DNA from: an uncultured Chlamydiae bacterium
GTDB taxonomy: Bacteria > Chlamydiota > Chlamydiia > Chlamydiales > Parachlamydiaceae
Direction of reading: 5' to 3'
Assembly: GCA_963754655.1 (NCBI GenBank)
Contig: CAVWGN010000001.1
Span: 2,019,565 to 2,083,564 of the forward strand
DNA length: 64,000 nucleotides
Shown here one piece after another: positions 18,371-27,671 of the stretch. The notes beneath the pieces were generated by a model. It ran no database searches and was not told where the DNA came from. It saw only the letters and a program-made list of their open reading frames with translations. Position 1 is the first letter of the stretch. Every line of letters starts with the position of its first letter. Made by a program: the position numbers and the translations under genes.

Positions 18371-19648
18371 TCAAAAGCCAAAAGAGCAAGAATTGCATGT
18401 ACCTCTAAAATCCAAATATTCTTCTTGATTGATAAAGGCAACTCTATGAGCTTCACTATCTTCAATCCATTCTAAGGATTCAATTTGGCTATGAACTACC
18501 TCTCTAGGGACGTGATAATTTCTAGATTGGTTTCCTTGATAAATGGAATATTCAGAAACATGTAGAACAATCATCGTTACAAGTGCATGATAATCATAAC
18601 CTAATTGAGCAATTATTGATCTAAAATCTTTTCTTAAATTTGTAGCATCCCACACAACTTTATCATGATTTCGTAAATAATTTTTTAGCTGTTCTTTAGC
18701 TTTAGAAATAATGAAACTATTGTTTTCTTGATTGCTCCTGTTTTTGCCAAACTCCTCCCTTAAGTCATCCAAAGAAATTTTCTTATAAGCTCTTAAATGT
18801 TCTTGAATCCAAGTACTTTTTCCTGATCCACTAGGTCCTGACATAATGATAAGTTGAGGAAAAGAATTTAAATAAGGGTAACGACGAGCTATAGCTTCCT
18901 CTGGTGTAAAGATCATTCCTTGCTCAAAATCTTGAATAGCATAGCCCAGTACTGCATCCCGACTTTCAGGACATACATGATCTAACTCTGTATTAAAGAA
19001 TTGTTTCCAATCATTGTAAGGATTTTCATTTCCCCATAAATGATACTCTTCACAAAACAAACGAAATAAGTCTATGTAATCGCATTGACCTTGTTGATCC
19101 TTACAACATCTGCCGAGAATATCTGCTTTTGCCAAGTAAAAGAGTAGCTCTGTATTAACCAGACGTGCTAACTGAAAATATTCTTTTTTAGATGCATTGT
19201 GCAACACTAAACGCCTTGGCTTATGATGATATGCCACTAGGCGAAGCGTTTGTTGAACAATGTTATAAGGCATATTTAATTCTAAAAGTCTATATGCTAA
19301 ATAAGCACATCCACGCTCTGCATGATGTGGAGCGACTATTCTTGATAAACCGTCAACTTCTTTAATTTTAGTCGCAAGCGGTTTGCCAATATCGTGTAAA
19401 ACAGCTGCTAAAATAAGAGATAGCTTATGGTCCGAAGATAAATGGTTAGCTTCAGAGTCTAAAAGTTTGTAAACTTCATCTAAAACATATTGAGTGTGGA
19501 TGAACACATTTCCTTCTGCATGCCATTCTGGATCCTGTAAAGTTTCCTTGAATTTAGATAGCAGATCTAAATTGCTTTCAAAAGCTAGAACAAATTCATC
19601 CAAACTAGGCCTTTTACCTTTTATAATCTTTCTAATTAAATCATTCAT
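18371..19648 (-). CDS. HD-Pnk: N-terminal HD phosphoesterase (Cca-like) fused to C-terminal P-loop polynucleotide 5'-kinase
   Basis: 425 aa. Has PEWHAEGNVFIHTQYVL and AAVLHDIGKP (HD motif), then a second His cluster APHHAERG / YHHKP. The Walker A IIMSGPSGSGKST sits at aa ~270, followed by a kinase-like domain (VVWDATNLRKDFR). Confidence 0.8.
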   Translation of the reverse strand: MNDLIRKIIKGKRPSLDEFVLAFESNLDLLSKFKETLQDPEWHAEGNVFIHTQYVLDEVYKLLDSEANHLSSDHKLSLILAAVLHDIGKPLATKIKEVDGLSRIVAPHHAERGCAYLAYRLLELNMPYNIVQQTLRLVAYHHKPRRLVLHNASKKEYFQLARLVNTELLFYLAKADILGRCCKDQQGQCDYIDLFRLFCEEYHLWGNENPYNDWKQFFNTELDHVCPESRDAVLGYAIQDFEQGMIFTPEEAIARRYPYLNSFPQLIIMSGPSGSGKSTWIQEHLRAYKKISLDDLREEFGKNRSNQENNSFIISKAKEQLKNYLRNHDKVVWDATNLRKDFRSIIAQLGYDYHALVTMIVLHVSEYSIYQGNQSRNYHVPREVVHSQIESLEWIEDSEAHRVAFINQEEYLDFRGTCNSCSFGF

Positions 19649-20285
19649 ATATTGTCTTAGCTAATAAATTTGGAATAACTTCTTTATTCATCCAGTGTTC
19701 TTCATTAGGCATTACATGTTCTTTTCTTACCCATTTAGCAACATGACAATTAAATTCATCATAAGAAAAACTTTCCGTTGTACGCACGACATAACCTTCA
19801 CAAAAGGCCGTATCAATAGTCATTTGAGAAATTAATTTTTCATTCCACATACCTAAATAGAATTGCTTCGGTGTTTTCAAACCTAATAACTCTGCCCATT
19901 CTAAGGTTTGGACCCAGTTTAAACATACGTTTTGATCATTCCAAATGGAAAACAAATAAAAATAACTCTCTAATTGGTCATAGGCAATTGAATGTCTCGC
20001 ATAAACGTTTTCACCGCAAAACCTCCAGCCGAGTGGGATTAAATAGGAAATATTGGCGTGCAATTTTTTTACCCATTCTCTTGAAACATGAGGACGATTA
20101 TTGATTGAGCGAGCATGAATATAATCCATATACATGGTCGTATTTTCGCCATCCAATTTTTCTGTTACTACAACTTCCTTGCCTTCAAAGTGTCTAATGT
20201 TCAATAAAACAATATCATCATCAGTATTCCCAGACGACCAAGGAAGATGAGGAGTTCGGGGATATTTAAATCTATTTGTTTCCAT
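19641..20285 (-). CDS. ATP-dependent polynucleotide (RNA) ligase, minimal nucleotidyltransferase domain
   Basis: 214 aa. The N-terminus is KYPRTPHL. Ligase motifs are present: I (EKLDGEN), III (FCGENVYARH), IIIa (YFYLFSIW), IV (EGYVVR) and V (VAKWVRKEH). Its stop overlaps the HD-Pnk start by 8 nt. Confidence 0.8.
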   Translation of the reverse strand: METNRFKYPRTPHLPWSSGNTDDDIVLLNIRHFEGKEVVVTEKLDGENTTMYMDYIHARSINNRPHVSREWVKKLHANISYLIPLGWRFCGENVYARHSIAYDQLESYFYLFSIWNDQNVCLNWVQTLEWAELLGLKTPKQFYLGMWNEKLISQMTIDTAFCEGYVVRTTESFSYDEFNCHVAKWVRKEHVMPNEEHWMNKEVIPNLLAKTIYE

Positions 20286-20544
20286 ATCTACATTGATTTT
20301 AATTACATATTTGCAATATTAAAAAAATTAATTAACACAATCTATATTTATGTTAGTAAAAACAACTTACAAAAAATATTCAATATTATTATAAACAATT
20401 GACATTTAAAAATGAAGAAATGATTCAGAGGCCTTATGCGAGTTTGGAAAGTACGTTACTATTCCCCTAGTTTTTCTTTTTTATTAACTAGTTGAACATC
20501 TTCAAAATCTATTATAGCATCTTTTTGTTCCATGTATGTCTCCT

Positions 20545-20760
20545 TTAATATGCAATTGAGTGATCGTCTTGTACATCATAAATCCAATTATCTTTTTCCC
20601 AAGAGGAAATAAAGTTTTTATTAATTGGCAGTTGTTTTTCAAGTGGATTTCCTGCTTGCCATTTTCCAATGAGCTTTGTAAAAGGAATCTTCACAATAAA
20701 AGGGCCATCAGCGCCACCTCCAACATGTATGGCTGAAAAATAATGAACAAATTTTGTCAT
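20545..20760 (-). CDS. Hypothetical 71-aa protein
   Basis: ORF only, with no recognisable motif. Its TAA stop sits inside a strong aaggag that precedes a 24-codon micro-ORF (20459-20533). Confidence 0.35.
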   Translation of the reverse strand: MTKFVHYFSAIHVGGGADGPFIVKIPFTKLIGKWQAGNPLEKQLPINKNFISSWEKDNWIYDVQDDHSIAY

Positions 20761-21291
20761 TTATTACAAAAGTCCGAATATCCTTCAAATCAAGCGAATC
20801 TTTATGCTAAGATGCGGAAATGCAAGTCGGCGGATTTTTACACCAAAAACCTGAATAGATTTGTCTTAAGTCAGAAACTTAAGTGATATGACAATTCATT
20901 CAGTCGACGTTCGACGTTCCACCACGCTCCTCCAATAGGATATCGAGAAACTTTATAAAAAAATAGATCAATGAGATTCTTTAAAAATTTGCTACTCAGC
21001 TTTCTAACTGTAAGACTTTCACTAAAGTCTGATCCCATTTGTTTGTGTCCATAATTGCAAATTAGTTATCAACTAACACTTTTAATCACCACTCACGAGA
21101 AAATGAGCAATTTGAAATTTCTTGACTAATTAAATCTTAGACACTAAGATTTTTGATATTTAATGATTATAAACAATTATATTGTTATTTATATATATAT
21201 TAATTTTTATTAAATTAAATCATATTTAATTGAATTTAATTTTTAAATTTGATAAATTAATAATATTAAAAATTTAAATAAAGGGAGAATT

Positions 21292-22107
21292 ATGAAACAT
21301 ACCGCCTCTATTTCACCAGAACCAATTGCCTATTTTCCATTACCTACTCTTGAAAAAATTACTTATCAGGGGTCCAACAAAAGTTTAGTCAATTTGTGCT
21401 CTCGCGTTAACTCTCTGATTAATAAAATCAATGGAGGTAAAGAAATTTCCGATTCTTTAGGACTTCTGAATAAATTAGAAGTACAGGTTTCTCAAATAAA
21501 GGAAAGTCAAAAACTTCAAGATCGAGATGAATTATGCTTCAATCAAATTGCGTCGCTTATCATAAACAAATTCAATATCACTCAACTCATTAAAAATGGC
21601 TCTCCGATTGATCCATCATTAGGTCCCCTTGCAACCCTCGAAGAAAGATCGCTTTATCCACGTATTTTTTCTTTTCTTACCAACCCTAAAGATTTATGTA
21701 ATCTCAGTTTAGTTTCTACCATGTTTAAAACAATTGCAAACCACGATGATTTATGGAAAGGGATTTGTCAGAAGGAAGATTCGGAAACCTGTACAACACA
21801 TCAAATTGACTTACCTTGGAAAGATTTTTATAAAGATCGCATAGATTTATCTTCTTATGCAAAAGGCTCCTTCGTATCTATAATCGATCAAATTCACCTG
21901 AACATTCTTAAAATACAGATCAATTATGATAAAGCAAAGATCATTCATTTAAAGCGCTTAATCCATAAACAACAGCCGACACTTCCTATTAAAGAGATGC
22001 AGATTCTTTGTGGTAGAATAATGTTAACGGATCATGTCTCCCTAAAAAATTTTAGTCAAAGCAACACTTATTATCTTCAGAAAAAAAATCAACTTGATCA
22101 TAAATAG
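21292..22107 (+). CDS. F-box-like protein without recognisable repeat domain
   Basis: 271 aa. Central motif LYPRIFSFLTNPKDLCNLSLVSTMFKTIANHDDLWKGIC (F-box consensus ...IfsfL..kDL..lslVsk.f..i...d.LWk). gggag RBS; extremely AT-rich upstream region. Confidence 0.6.
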   Translation: MKHTASISPEPIAYFPLPTLEKITYQGSNKSLVNLCSRVNSLINKINGGKEISDSLGLLNKLEVQVSQIKESQKLQDRDELCFNQIASLIINKFNITQLIKNGSPIDPSLGPLATLEERSLYPRIFSFLTNPKDLCNLSLVSTMFKTIANHDDLWKGICQKEDSETCTTHQIDLPWKDFYKDRIDLSSYAKGSFVSIIDQIHLNILKIQINYDKAKIIHLKRLIHKQQPTLPIKEMQILCGRIMLTDHVSLKNFSQSNTYYLQKKNQLDHK

Positions 22108-22343
22108 CCTGTATCACTCTATTTAATAAATTTTCATCGACATAAGTTCAAGGTAAAGAAAGAACTATCTATTAGAATTTATTAAAATGATAAATACTGT
22201 CTTATCTTTCATCTTTTATTTTTTTATTTTTTAAATGAAAATTCGCATTTTATTTAGTTATTTACAATTTTTTAGTCTTTTTTACTTATATTATTAATAA
22301 TAAAAATATAAAATAATTTTGAAACCAATTAATTTTATTATTA

Positions 22344-22372
22344 TTGACAGTGCGCTTATAAATGTTTATACT
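22344..22372 (+). promoter_or_regulatory. Candidate sigma-70/66-type promoter of the sctU operon
   Basis: TTGACA (22344-22349), 17-nt spacer, TATACT (22367-22372), ~55 nt upstream of the sctU ATG. agaggga RBS before the ATG. Motif match only. Confidence 0.35.
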
Positions 22373-22426
22373 ATTATATGAAGGGATTAGCTATTTGTCA
22401 TTTTGCAAATCTTTTAAGAGGGATTT

Positions 22427-23497
22427 ATGGGTGAAAAAACCGAAAAGGCCACCCCAAAAAAGTTAAAAGACGCTAAGAAAAAGGGACAAGTTGCCAAGGC
22501 GCAAGATCTTCCTGCTGCTTTTACTTTTGTTGCTTCAGTTGCTGTTGTTCTTGCCTTAGCAGGCAGCTTATATCATCAAATGGCTAATTTTTTGGTAGGA
22601 ACTTTTCGTTCTGTAAACACCCCTGATTTAAGTAATATGATTTTGGCTTTATTTTATAAAGCGAATGAAGTGATTTTTTTAGCCAGCATTCCTACACTTG
22701 GAATAGTGTCGATGGTAGGAGTGACGGTCACTTTTTTAGCAGTTGGCCCGGTTTTTGCACCTGAAGTATTTAAGTTTGATATTAAAAAATTCAATCCGAT
22801 TGATAATTTAAAAGCAAAATTTAAGCTTAAAACACTGGTTGAACTCTTGAAATCTCTCATTAAAATTGGGATTGCAGCTTATTTAATTTATCTTGTGATG
22901 TATAAAAGTATCCCTATTTTGATTCAAACAGTTTCGATGCCGATTACGGGAGCATTAATTGTCTTCAATTCCTTTTTAATAGAAGTCTTGGTTAAGGTAG
23001 GCATTTTTTTCCTGATAGTAGCGATAGCAGACTTTATTTATCAAAAAAAGAATTTTGCTAAAGAAATGATGATGGAGAAGTTTGAGATCAAGCAAGAATA
23101 CAAAAATAGCGAAGGTGATCCTCACATTAAGAGTAAGCGAAAACAAATTGCTCAAGAAATCGCTTATCAAGAAGGGCCTACGGGCGGGGTGAAGCGAGCA
23201 CAAGCAGTCGTGACGAATCCTACGCATCTTGCCATTGCGATTGGATATGAAAAAGAAGTTGATGCTGCTCCTTATATTCTTGCTATGGGAAAAGACACTT
23301 TAGCTGAACGCATGATCAAAATTGCTGAACAGCACAACGTTCCTATTTTGCGTAACATTTCCCTGGCTCATACATTATGGGATGAAGGGGAAATTTATGA
23401 ATATGTTCCTGAAGAAACTTATGAAGCACTCGCGGAAATCCTGCGCTGGGTTGCTTCTTTAAAAGATGGAACAGAAGTATCACAACCTCTAGAGTAA
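22427..23497 (+). CDS. sctU: Type III secretion export-apparatus switch protein SctU (CdsU/YscU/FlhB family)
   Basis: 356 aa. N-terminus GEKTEKATPKKLKDAKKKGQVAKAQDL, four TM segments, NPTH autocleavage motif (VVTNPTHLAIAIGY). Confidence 0.95.
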   Translation: MGEKTEKATPKKLKDAKKKGQVAKAQDLPAAFTFVASVAVVLALAGSLYHQMANFLVGTFRSVNTPDLSNMILALFYKANEVIFLASIPTLGIVSMVGVTVTFLAVGPVFAPEVFKFDIKKFNPIDNLKAKFKLKTLVELLKSLIKIGIAAYLIYLVMYKSIPILIQTVSMPITGALIVFNSFLIEVLVKVGIFFLIVAIADFIYQKKNFAKEMMMEKFEIKQEYKNSEGDPHIKSKRKQIAQEIAYQEGPTGGVKRAQAVVTNPTHLAIAIGYEKEVDAAPYILAMGKDTLAERMIKIAEQHNVPILRNISLAHTLWDEGEIYEYVPEETYEALAEILRWVASLKDGTEVSQPLE

Positions 23498-23530
23498 TCG
23501 CTTTAATTTAAGTGATTGTGGAGAATTTAA

Positions 23531-25699
23531 ATGGATGTCATTCGTAAAGTCCTCGATGGGATCACAGTTAGATTAGGAGGCGATCGCTCGCTAAATACCA
23601 TTTCGCGATCAAGCGACGTCGCCCTTGCTGTAGTGATTATTGGGATTTTGGCAATGATCATTTTGCCCATTAATCCTCACATTATAGACTATTTGATTGC
23701 CGTCAATTTAACAATTTCGATTGCTTTGTTGATGGTTGCTCTTTACATTCCCAGCGCTGTACACTTATCTATCTTTCCCTCCTTATTGTTAATTACAACC
23801 CTTTATCGTTTGGGTTTGAACATTGCTTCTACACGCCAAATTCTCCTACATGCCAATGCAGGTCAAATCATTTTCCAATTCGGAAATTTTGTTGTAGGAG
23901 GTAACTTTGTCGTCGGTGGTGTTATTTTCTTAATCATTACCTTAGTCCAATTCTTAGTCATTACTAAAGGTGCCGAACGCGTCGCTGAAGTTGCCGCTCG
24001 TTTTACTTTGGACGCTATGCCAGGTAAGCAAATGAGTATTGATGCCGATATGCGGGCTGGCGTTTTGGATTCCAATCAAGCACGCGAAAAGCGTCTAGCC
24101 ATTCAAAAGGAAAGCCAATTATATGGTGCCATGGATGGTGCGATGAAATTCGTTAAAGGAGATGCCATTGCAGGGATTATCATCACCTTGATCAACGTCG
24201 TTGGAGGATTGATTATTGGAACTACAATGAATGGCATGGAAACTGCTGAAGCAGCTAAAACCTATGCGTTATTGTCCATTGGTGACGCTCTCATTTCTCA
24301 GATTCCAGCTCTTTTAATTTCGATTGCTGCAGGTATTGTGACTACCCGTGTTTCAAGCGAACGCTCTGAAAACTTAGGTAGTGAAATCTCTGGTCAGATT
24401 TTAAAGCAACCTAAAGCTTTGATGGTTTCAGCCGCTTTCTTGATGGGTATGAGCTTAGTCCCTGGATTTCCGACCCCGCCTTTCTTAATTTTATCTGCTG
24501 CGTTGGGATTAATTGGTTACGCTCTGTGGAGTAGAGATCAAAAAGAAACAGCAGCCCGTGCAGGAGGAATTGGAGGTGCAACAATTCAATCTGCAGGCGA
24601 CTCTTCAACAGATATGCCTGTGCGTGGACATAAAGTCATTTCCGGCGGCGGCGTGGAAAGTTATGCATTGACCTTGCCTGTGGTGCTTGAAGTAGGAAAA
24701 GGATTATCAGCAGAGATTCAAAAATCAGCTAAAGGAGGAGTCAGCTTTATTGATCAGATGATTCCTAAAATGAGGCAAGCACTTTACGCCGATTTGGGAG
24801 TCCGCTTCCCTGGCGTCCATGTCCGGACTGATTCTCCCATTCTCGAAAAAGATGAATACTCTATCCACCTAAATGAAGTCCCCATTATTCGCGGCAAGGT
24901 TCTTGAGGGACATTTACTGACTAATGAAGCTGAAGAAAATCTGAAGCGCTACAACTTGAGCTTTAGTTCTTATAAAAACTCTTTGGGATTGCCCTCGCTT
25001 TGGGTAGATGCCAAAAATAAAGAAATCTTAGATAGGGCAGGAATTAAATATTGGAACGCGCTTGAAGTCATGATTTTGCATGTTTCTTACTTCTTTCGCC
25101 ATTATGCCAATGAATTTGTGGGAATCCAGGAAGTCAAATCAATGCTCGAATTTGTTGAGAAATCTTTTCCCGATCTTATCAAGGAAGTCACCCGCTTAAT
25201 TCCTCTACAAAAAATGACAGATATCTTTAAACGGCTGATTCAAGAACAAATTTCGATTAAAGATTTGAGAACAATTTTGGAAGCTTTAGGCGAATGGGCG
25301 CAAACAGAAAAGGATACTGTTTTATTAACTGAGTATGTTCGCTCCTCTTTAAAGCGCTTTATTAGCTATAAATATTCTCAGGGACAATCTGTTTTATCAG
25401 TTTATATATTAGATCCTGAAATTGAGGACATGGTTCGAGGAGCTATCAAGCAAACCTCGGCTGGATCTTATCTAGCTTTAGATCCTGACTCTGTTCAATT
25501 GATTCTACAAGGTGTGAGAACAACAGTTTCTCCCCCACCTCCTGGAGGACAACCCCCCGTTATTCTTACTGCTATCGATGTGCGCCGATTTGTACGCAAA
25601 CTAGTTGAAATGGAATTTACGGACATTTCTGTAGTTTCTTACCAGGAAATTGTTCCAGAAATCCGCATTCAACCTCTGGGACGTATCCAAATTTCTTAA
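23531..25699 (+). CDS. sctV: Type III secretion export gate SctV (CdsV/LcrD/FlhA family)
   Basis: 722 aa. Has the FHIPEP-type N-terminal membrane domain (GAERVAEVAARFTLDAMPGKQMSIDADMRAG) and a large cytoplasmic C-terminal domain. Confidence 0.97.
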   Translation: MDVIRKVLDGITVRLGGDRSLNTISRSSDVALAVVIIGILAMIILPINPHIIDYLIAVNLTISIALLMVALYIPSAVHLSIFPSLLLITTLYRLGLNIASTRQILLHANAGQIIFQFGNFVVGGNFVVGGVIFLIITLVQFLVITKGAERVAEVAARFTLDAMPGKQMSIDADMRAGVLDSNQAREKRLAIQKESQLYGAMDGAMKFVKGDAIAGIIITLINVVGGLIIGTTMNGMETAEAAKTYALLSIGDALISQIPALLISIAAGIVTTRVSSERSENLGSEISGQILKQPKALMVSAAFLMGMSLVPGFPTPPFLILSAALGLIGYALWSRDQKETAARAGGIGGATIQSAGDSSTDMPVRGHKVISGGGVESYALTLPVVLEVGKGLSAEIQKSAKGGVSFIDQMIPKMRQALYADLGVRFPGVHVRTDSPILEKDEYSIHLNEVPIIRGKVLEGHLLTNEAEENLKRYNLSFSSYKNSLGLPSLWVDAKNKEILDRAGIKYWNALEVMILHVSYFFRHYANEFVGIQEVKSMLEFVEKSFPDLIKEVTRLIPLQKMTDIFKRLIQEQISIKDLRTILEALGEWAQTEKDTVLLTEYVRSSLKRFISYKYSQGQSVLSVYILDPEIEDMVRGAIKQTSAGSYLALDPDSVQLILQGVRTTVSPPPPGGQPPVILTAIDVRRFVRKLVEMEFTDISVVSYQEIVPEIRIQPLGRIQIS

Positions 25700-25721
25700 G
25701 TTTCTCTAAAAGAGGGTTAAC

Positions 25722-26696
25722 ATGTCAGAAGATAGTTTGACTAATCTAAGCAGATTAAATACCGCAGCATCTGAACGAGCAAAAGAGACTCTGGCCAATA
25801 CCCAAGAAACTGGAGATGCTCTCAAATTAGCGCAAGTTGAAGCAGCGCAAGCTGCCAGCCAGAAAAAGCTTTTGGATGAAGCTGAAGACAATTCAGCCAT
25901 GGGCATTCAAATTAAAACTCAGAAGCTCGAAGGAAAAAAACAAATCAAAACCGAAAAAGCCAAACAGGCACAGGACTCTGTTCTTATTCGCAAAGAGGAT
26001 GCCGATGGTTTGGCTGATGGATTTTCGCAACGCCAAGGTAACCGCGAGTATCGCATCGATCCTCGGATCTTAAGCCAGTTAGCAGAAGATTTAGGAATTG
26101 GAATCCACGAAAAATTAAATGCTGATGACATGATTTTATTCATTCGTCGACGCATGACGGTCGATGGCCAATCGCCAGATGTTTCAGTTGTTGATAAAGC
26201 ATTTGAATTTTTACTTGAAGCCACTCGTTCCCAAGCAGGAAAATCCACAGGGATTGCCAAGGAGCGTCTGGAAAACATTTATAAAAGTATAGAAATTGCT
26301 AAAAATAAGCATTTTGAAGCAAATTCCGTTGAGATTCAAGTTGCTCAAAAAATCATTGGAGCTGTTGATGCCGTTGTTACAACAACAGGTCAGACTGTCA
26401 AAGAGACCCTAGATCGTTATCGCGACGTTGTGCATAACCCCCCCGATATTCAAGCCTTACGTAAGTTTTATCAAATGAAGGGCTATAAAGCAATGATTCT
26501 TGAGCTTAAAGGATTAAGTACCTATTTAGGAGGAAATTTTAAGCGAACTAATTTAGAAACCCCTGAAATGATTCAATTGGCAAGCGCTGCTAGAAAGATG
26601 CAAACTTTGCTTAACGTCTTTCGATTAACTAAAGAACATACTCGAAGAACAGAAAACTTTTTGTTTGAATATATTTTCAAGAAATATGCTGCTTAG
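25722..26696 (+). CDS. sctW: T3SS gatekeeper, YopN/CopN/SctW-like part
   Basis: 324 aa at the position occupied by copN in the chlamydial cdsU-cdsV-copN-scc1-malQ cluster. Helical protein with a YopN/InvE/MxiC-like region (ETLDRYRDVVHNPPDIQALRKFYQMKGYKAMILELKGLSTYLGGNF). Confidence 0.7.
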   Translation: MSEDSLTNLSRLNTAASERAKETLANTQETGDALKLAQVEAAQAASQKKLLDEAEDNSAMGIQIKTQKLEGKKQIKTEKAKQAQDSVLIRKEDADGLADGFSQRQGNREYRIDPRILSQLAEDLGIGIHEKLNADDMILFIRRRMTVDGQSPDVSVVDKAFEFLLEATRSQAGKSTGIAKERLENIYKSIEIAKNKHFEANSVEIQVAQKIIGAVDAVVTTTGQTVKETLDRYRDVVHNPPDIQALRKFYQMKGYKAMILELKGLSTYLGGNFKRTNLETPEMIQLASAARKMQTLLNVFRLTKEHTRRTENFLFEYIFKKYAA

Positions 26697-26738
26697 AGCG
26701 TGTTTGCTCTATAAACCCAGACGATAAGAAGAGAGTAT

Positions 26739-27092
26739 ATGGCATTAGACCGCAAAGCTTTTCGATCGCATTTAAACTTTGAAGTATTGGCCAAACTTTT
26801 TTTTGACCTTGCAGAAGAACGTTATCCATCTGCTGAAAAAATGAAACAATCGGTTTCAACTCTCATCAATCCTTTAGCATCCAATCCTTTAGAAAATGTG
26901 CATATTAAAATTGCCGTTTTAAGCGTCATGCGTGACATGGTAAAAGAAGTTTCCCCTACTCAAATCTATCGCTCGTTACAACATCGTGATGATTTATATA
27001 TGGCCATTATTGAGGGACTAGAAGATTTAGAAGATGAATTGGAAGAACTAGAAGAAAAATATGCTGAAGAGGAAGAAGAAGCTGAACTGTAA
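26739..27092 (+). CDS. Small acidic-tailed protein, possible TyeA-like C-terminal gatekeeper module
   Basis: 117 aa, in the same frame as the preceding ORF but separated from it by two stops (TAG, TAA), with its own agaagagag RBS. Ends in EDLEDELEELEEKYAEEEEEAEL. The TyeA assignment rests on position and size only. Confidence 0.4.
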   Translation: MALDRKAFRSHLNFEVLAKLFFDLAEERYPSAEKMKQSVSTLINPLASNPLENVHIKIAVLSVMRDMVKEVSPTQIYRSLQHRDDLYMAIIEGLEDLEDELEELEEKYAEEEEEAEL

Positions 27093-27107
27093 AAGGAGGT
27101 CGGGCAT

Positions 27108-27569
27108 ATGGTCAGTTCGCAATTTGGAGCTATTTTAAAAGAATTTGAAACATTCTTTAATTGTAAATTGGAACCCGATATCAATGATTCTTGTTTAATT
27201 AACTTAGAAATGGGGATGAATCTTCAAATAGAATTAGACCGCTATGGCCTTATTTTAATTGGATGTCGCTTAGGTGCTGTTCACATGGGACGTTATCGCG
27301 ACAATCTCATTCGAGAAGCACTAAAATCTAATGAGGCAACTCGTCCTTCCACTGGAATTTTAGGATTTAGTCAAAAATCTAGTCAACTTATTCTTTTCAT
27401 CAAACTTAACCCTAATTTTATTTCAATTCATCAAATTCCTACCTTATTACCCCCCTTTTTAACTAAAGCCAAACTATGGGCTGAAGCTATCGGCAAAGGA
27501 GAAGTTCCTACCCCTATTAATTCCATAGGCTCTTCTAAGCCTTCTGGAATTTTTGGCTTAATCTCTTAA
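27108..27569 (+). CDS. Class I T3SS chaperone (Scc1/SycE/CesT-like)
   Basis: 153 aa. Sits at the scc1 position between copN and malQ. The N-terminal pattern FGAILKEFETFFNCKLEPDINDSCLINLEMGMNLQIELDRYGLILIGCRLG is typical of CesT-family chaperones. Confidence 0.6.
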   Translation: MVSSQFGAILKEFETFFNCKLEPDINDSCLINLEMGMNLQIELDRYGLILIGCRLGAVHMGRYRDNLIREALKSNEATRPSTGILGFSQKSSQLILFIKLNPNFISIHQIPTLLPPFLTKAKLWAEAIGKGEVPTPINSIGSSKPSGIFGLIS

Positions 27570-27671
27570 AAGCAACCCTAAAAATAAAATATGGCAAAAG
27601 AATATTTTATTTTTATTCCATATTGTCTAATGTCATAATCATGTCAGGATTGTTTTGATTCATTCTAATTT

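Noticed and set aside
26697-26738. The gap between the two gatekeeper ORFs interpreted as a sequencing frameshift or programmed frameshift (as for Yersinia YopN-TyeA fusions)
   Set aside because: The ORFs are already in the same frame and are separated by two stop codons 12 nt apart. A single indel or slip cannot join them, and read-through of two stops is unlikely.
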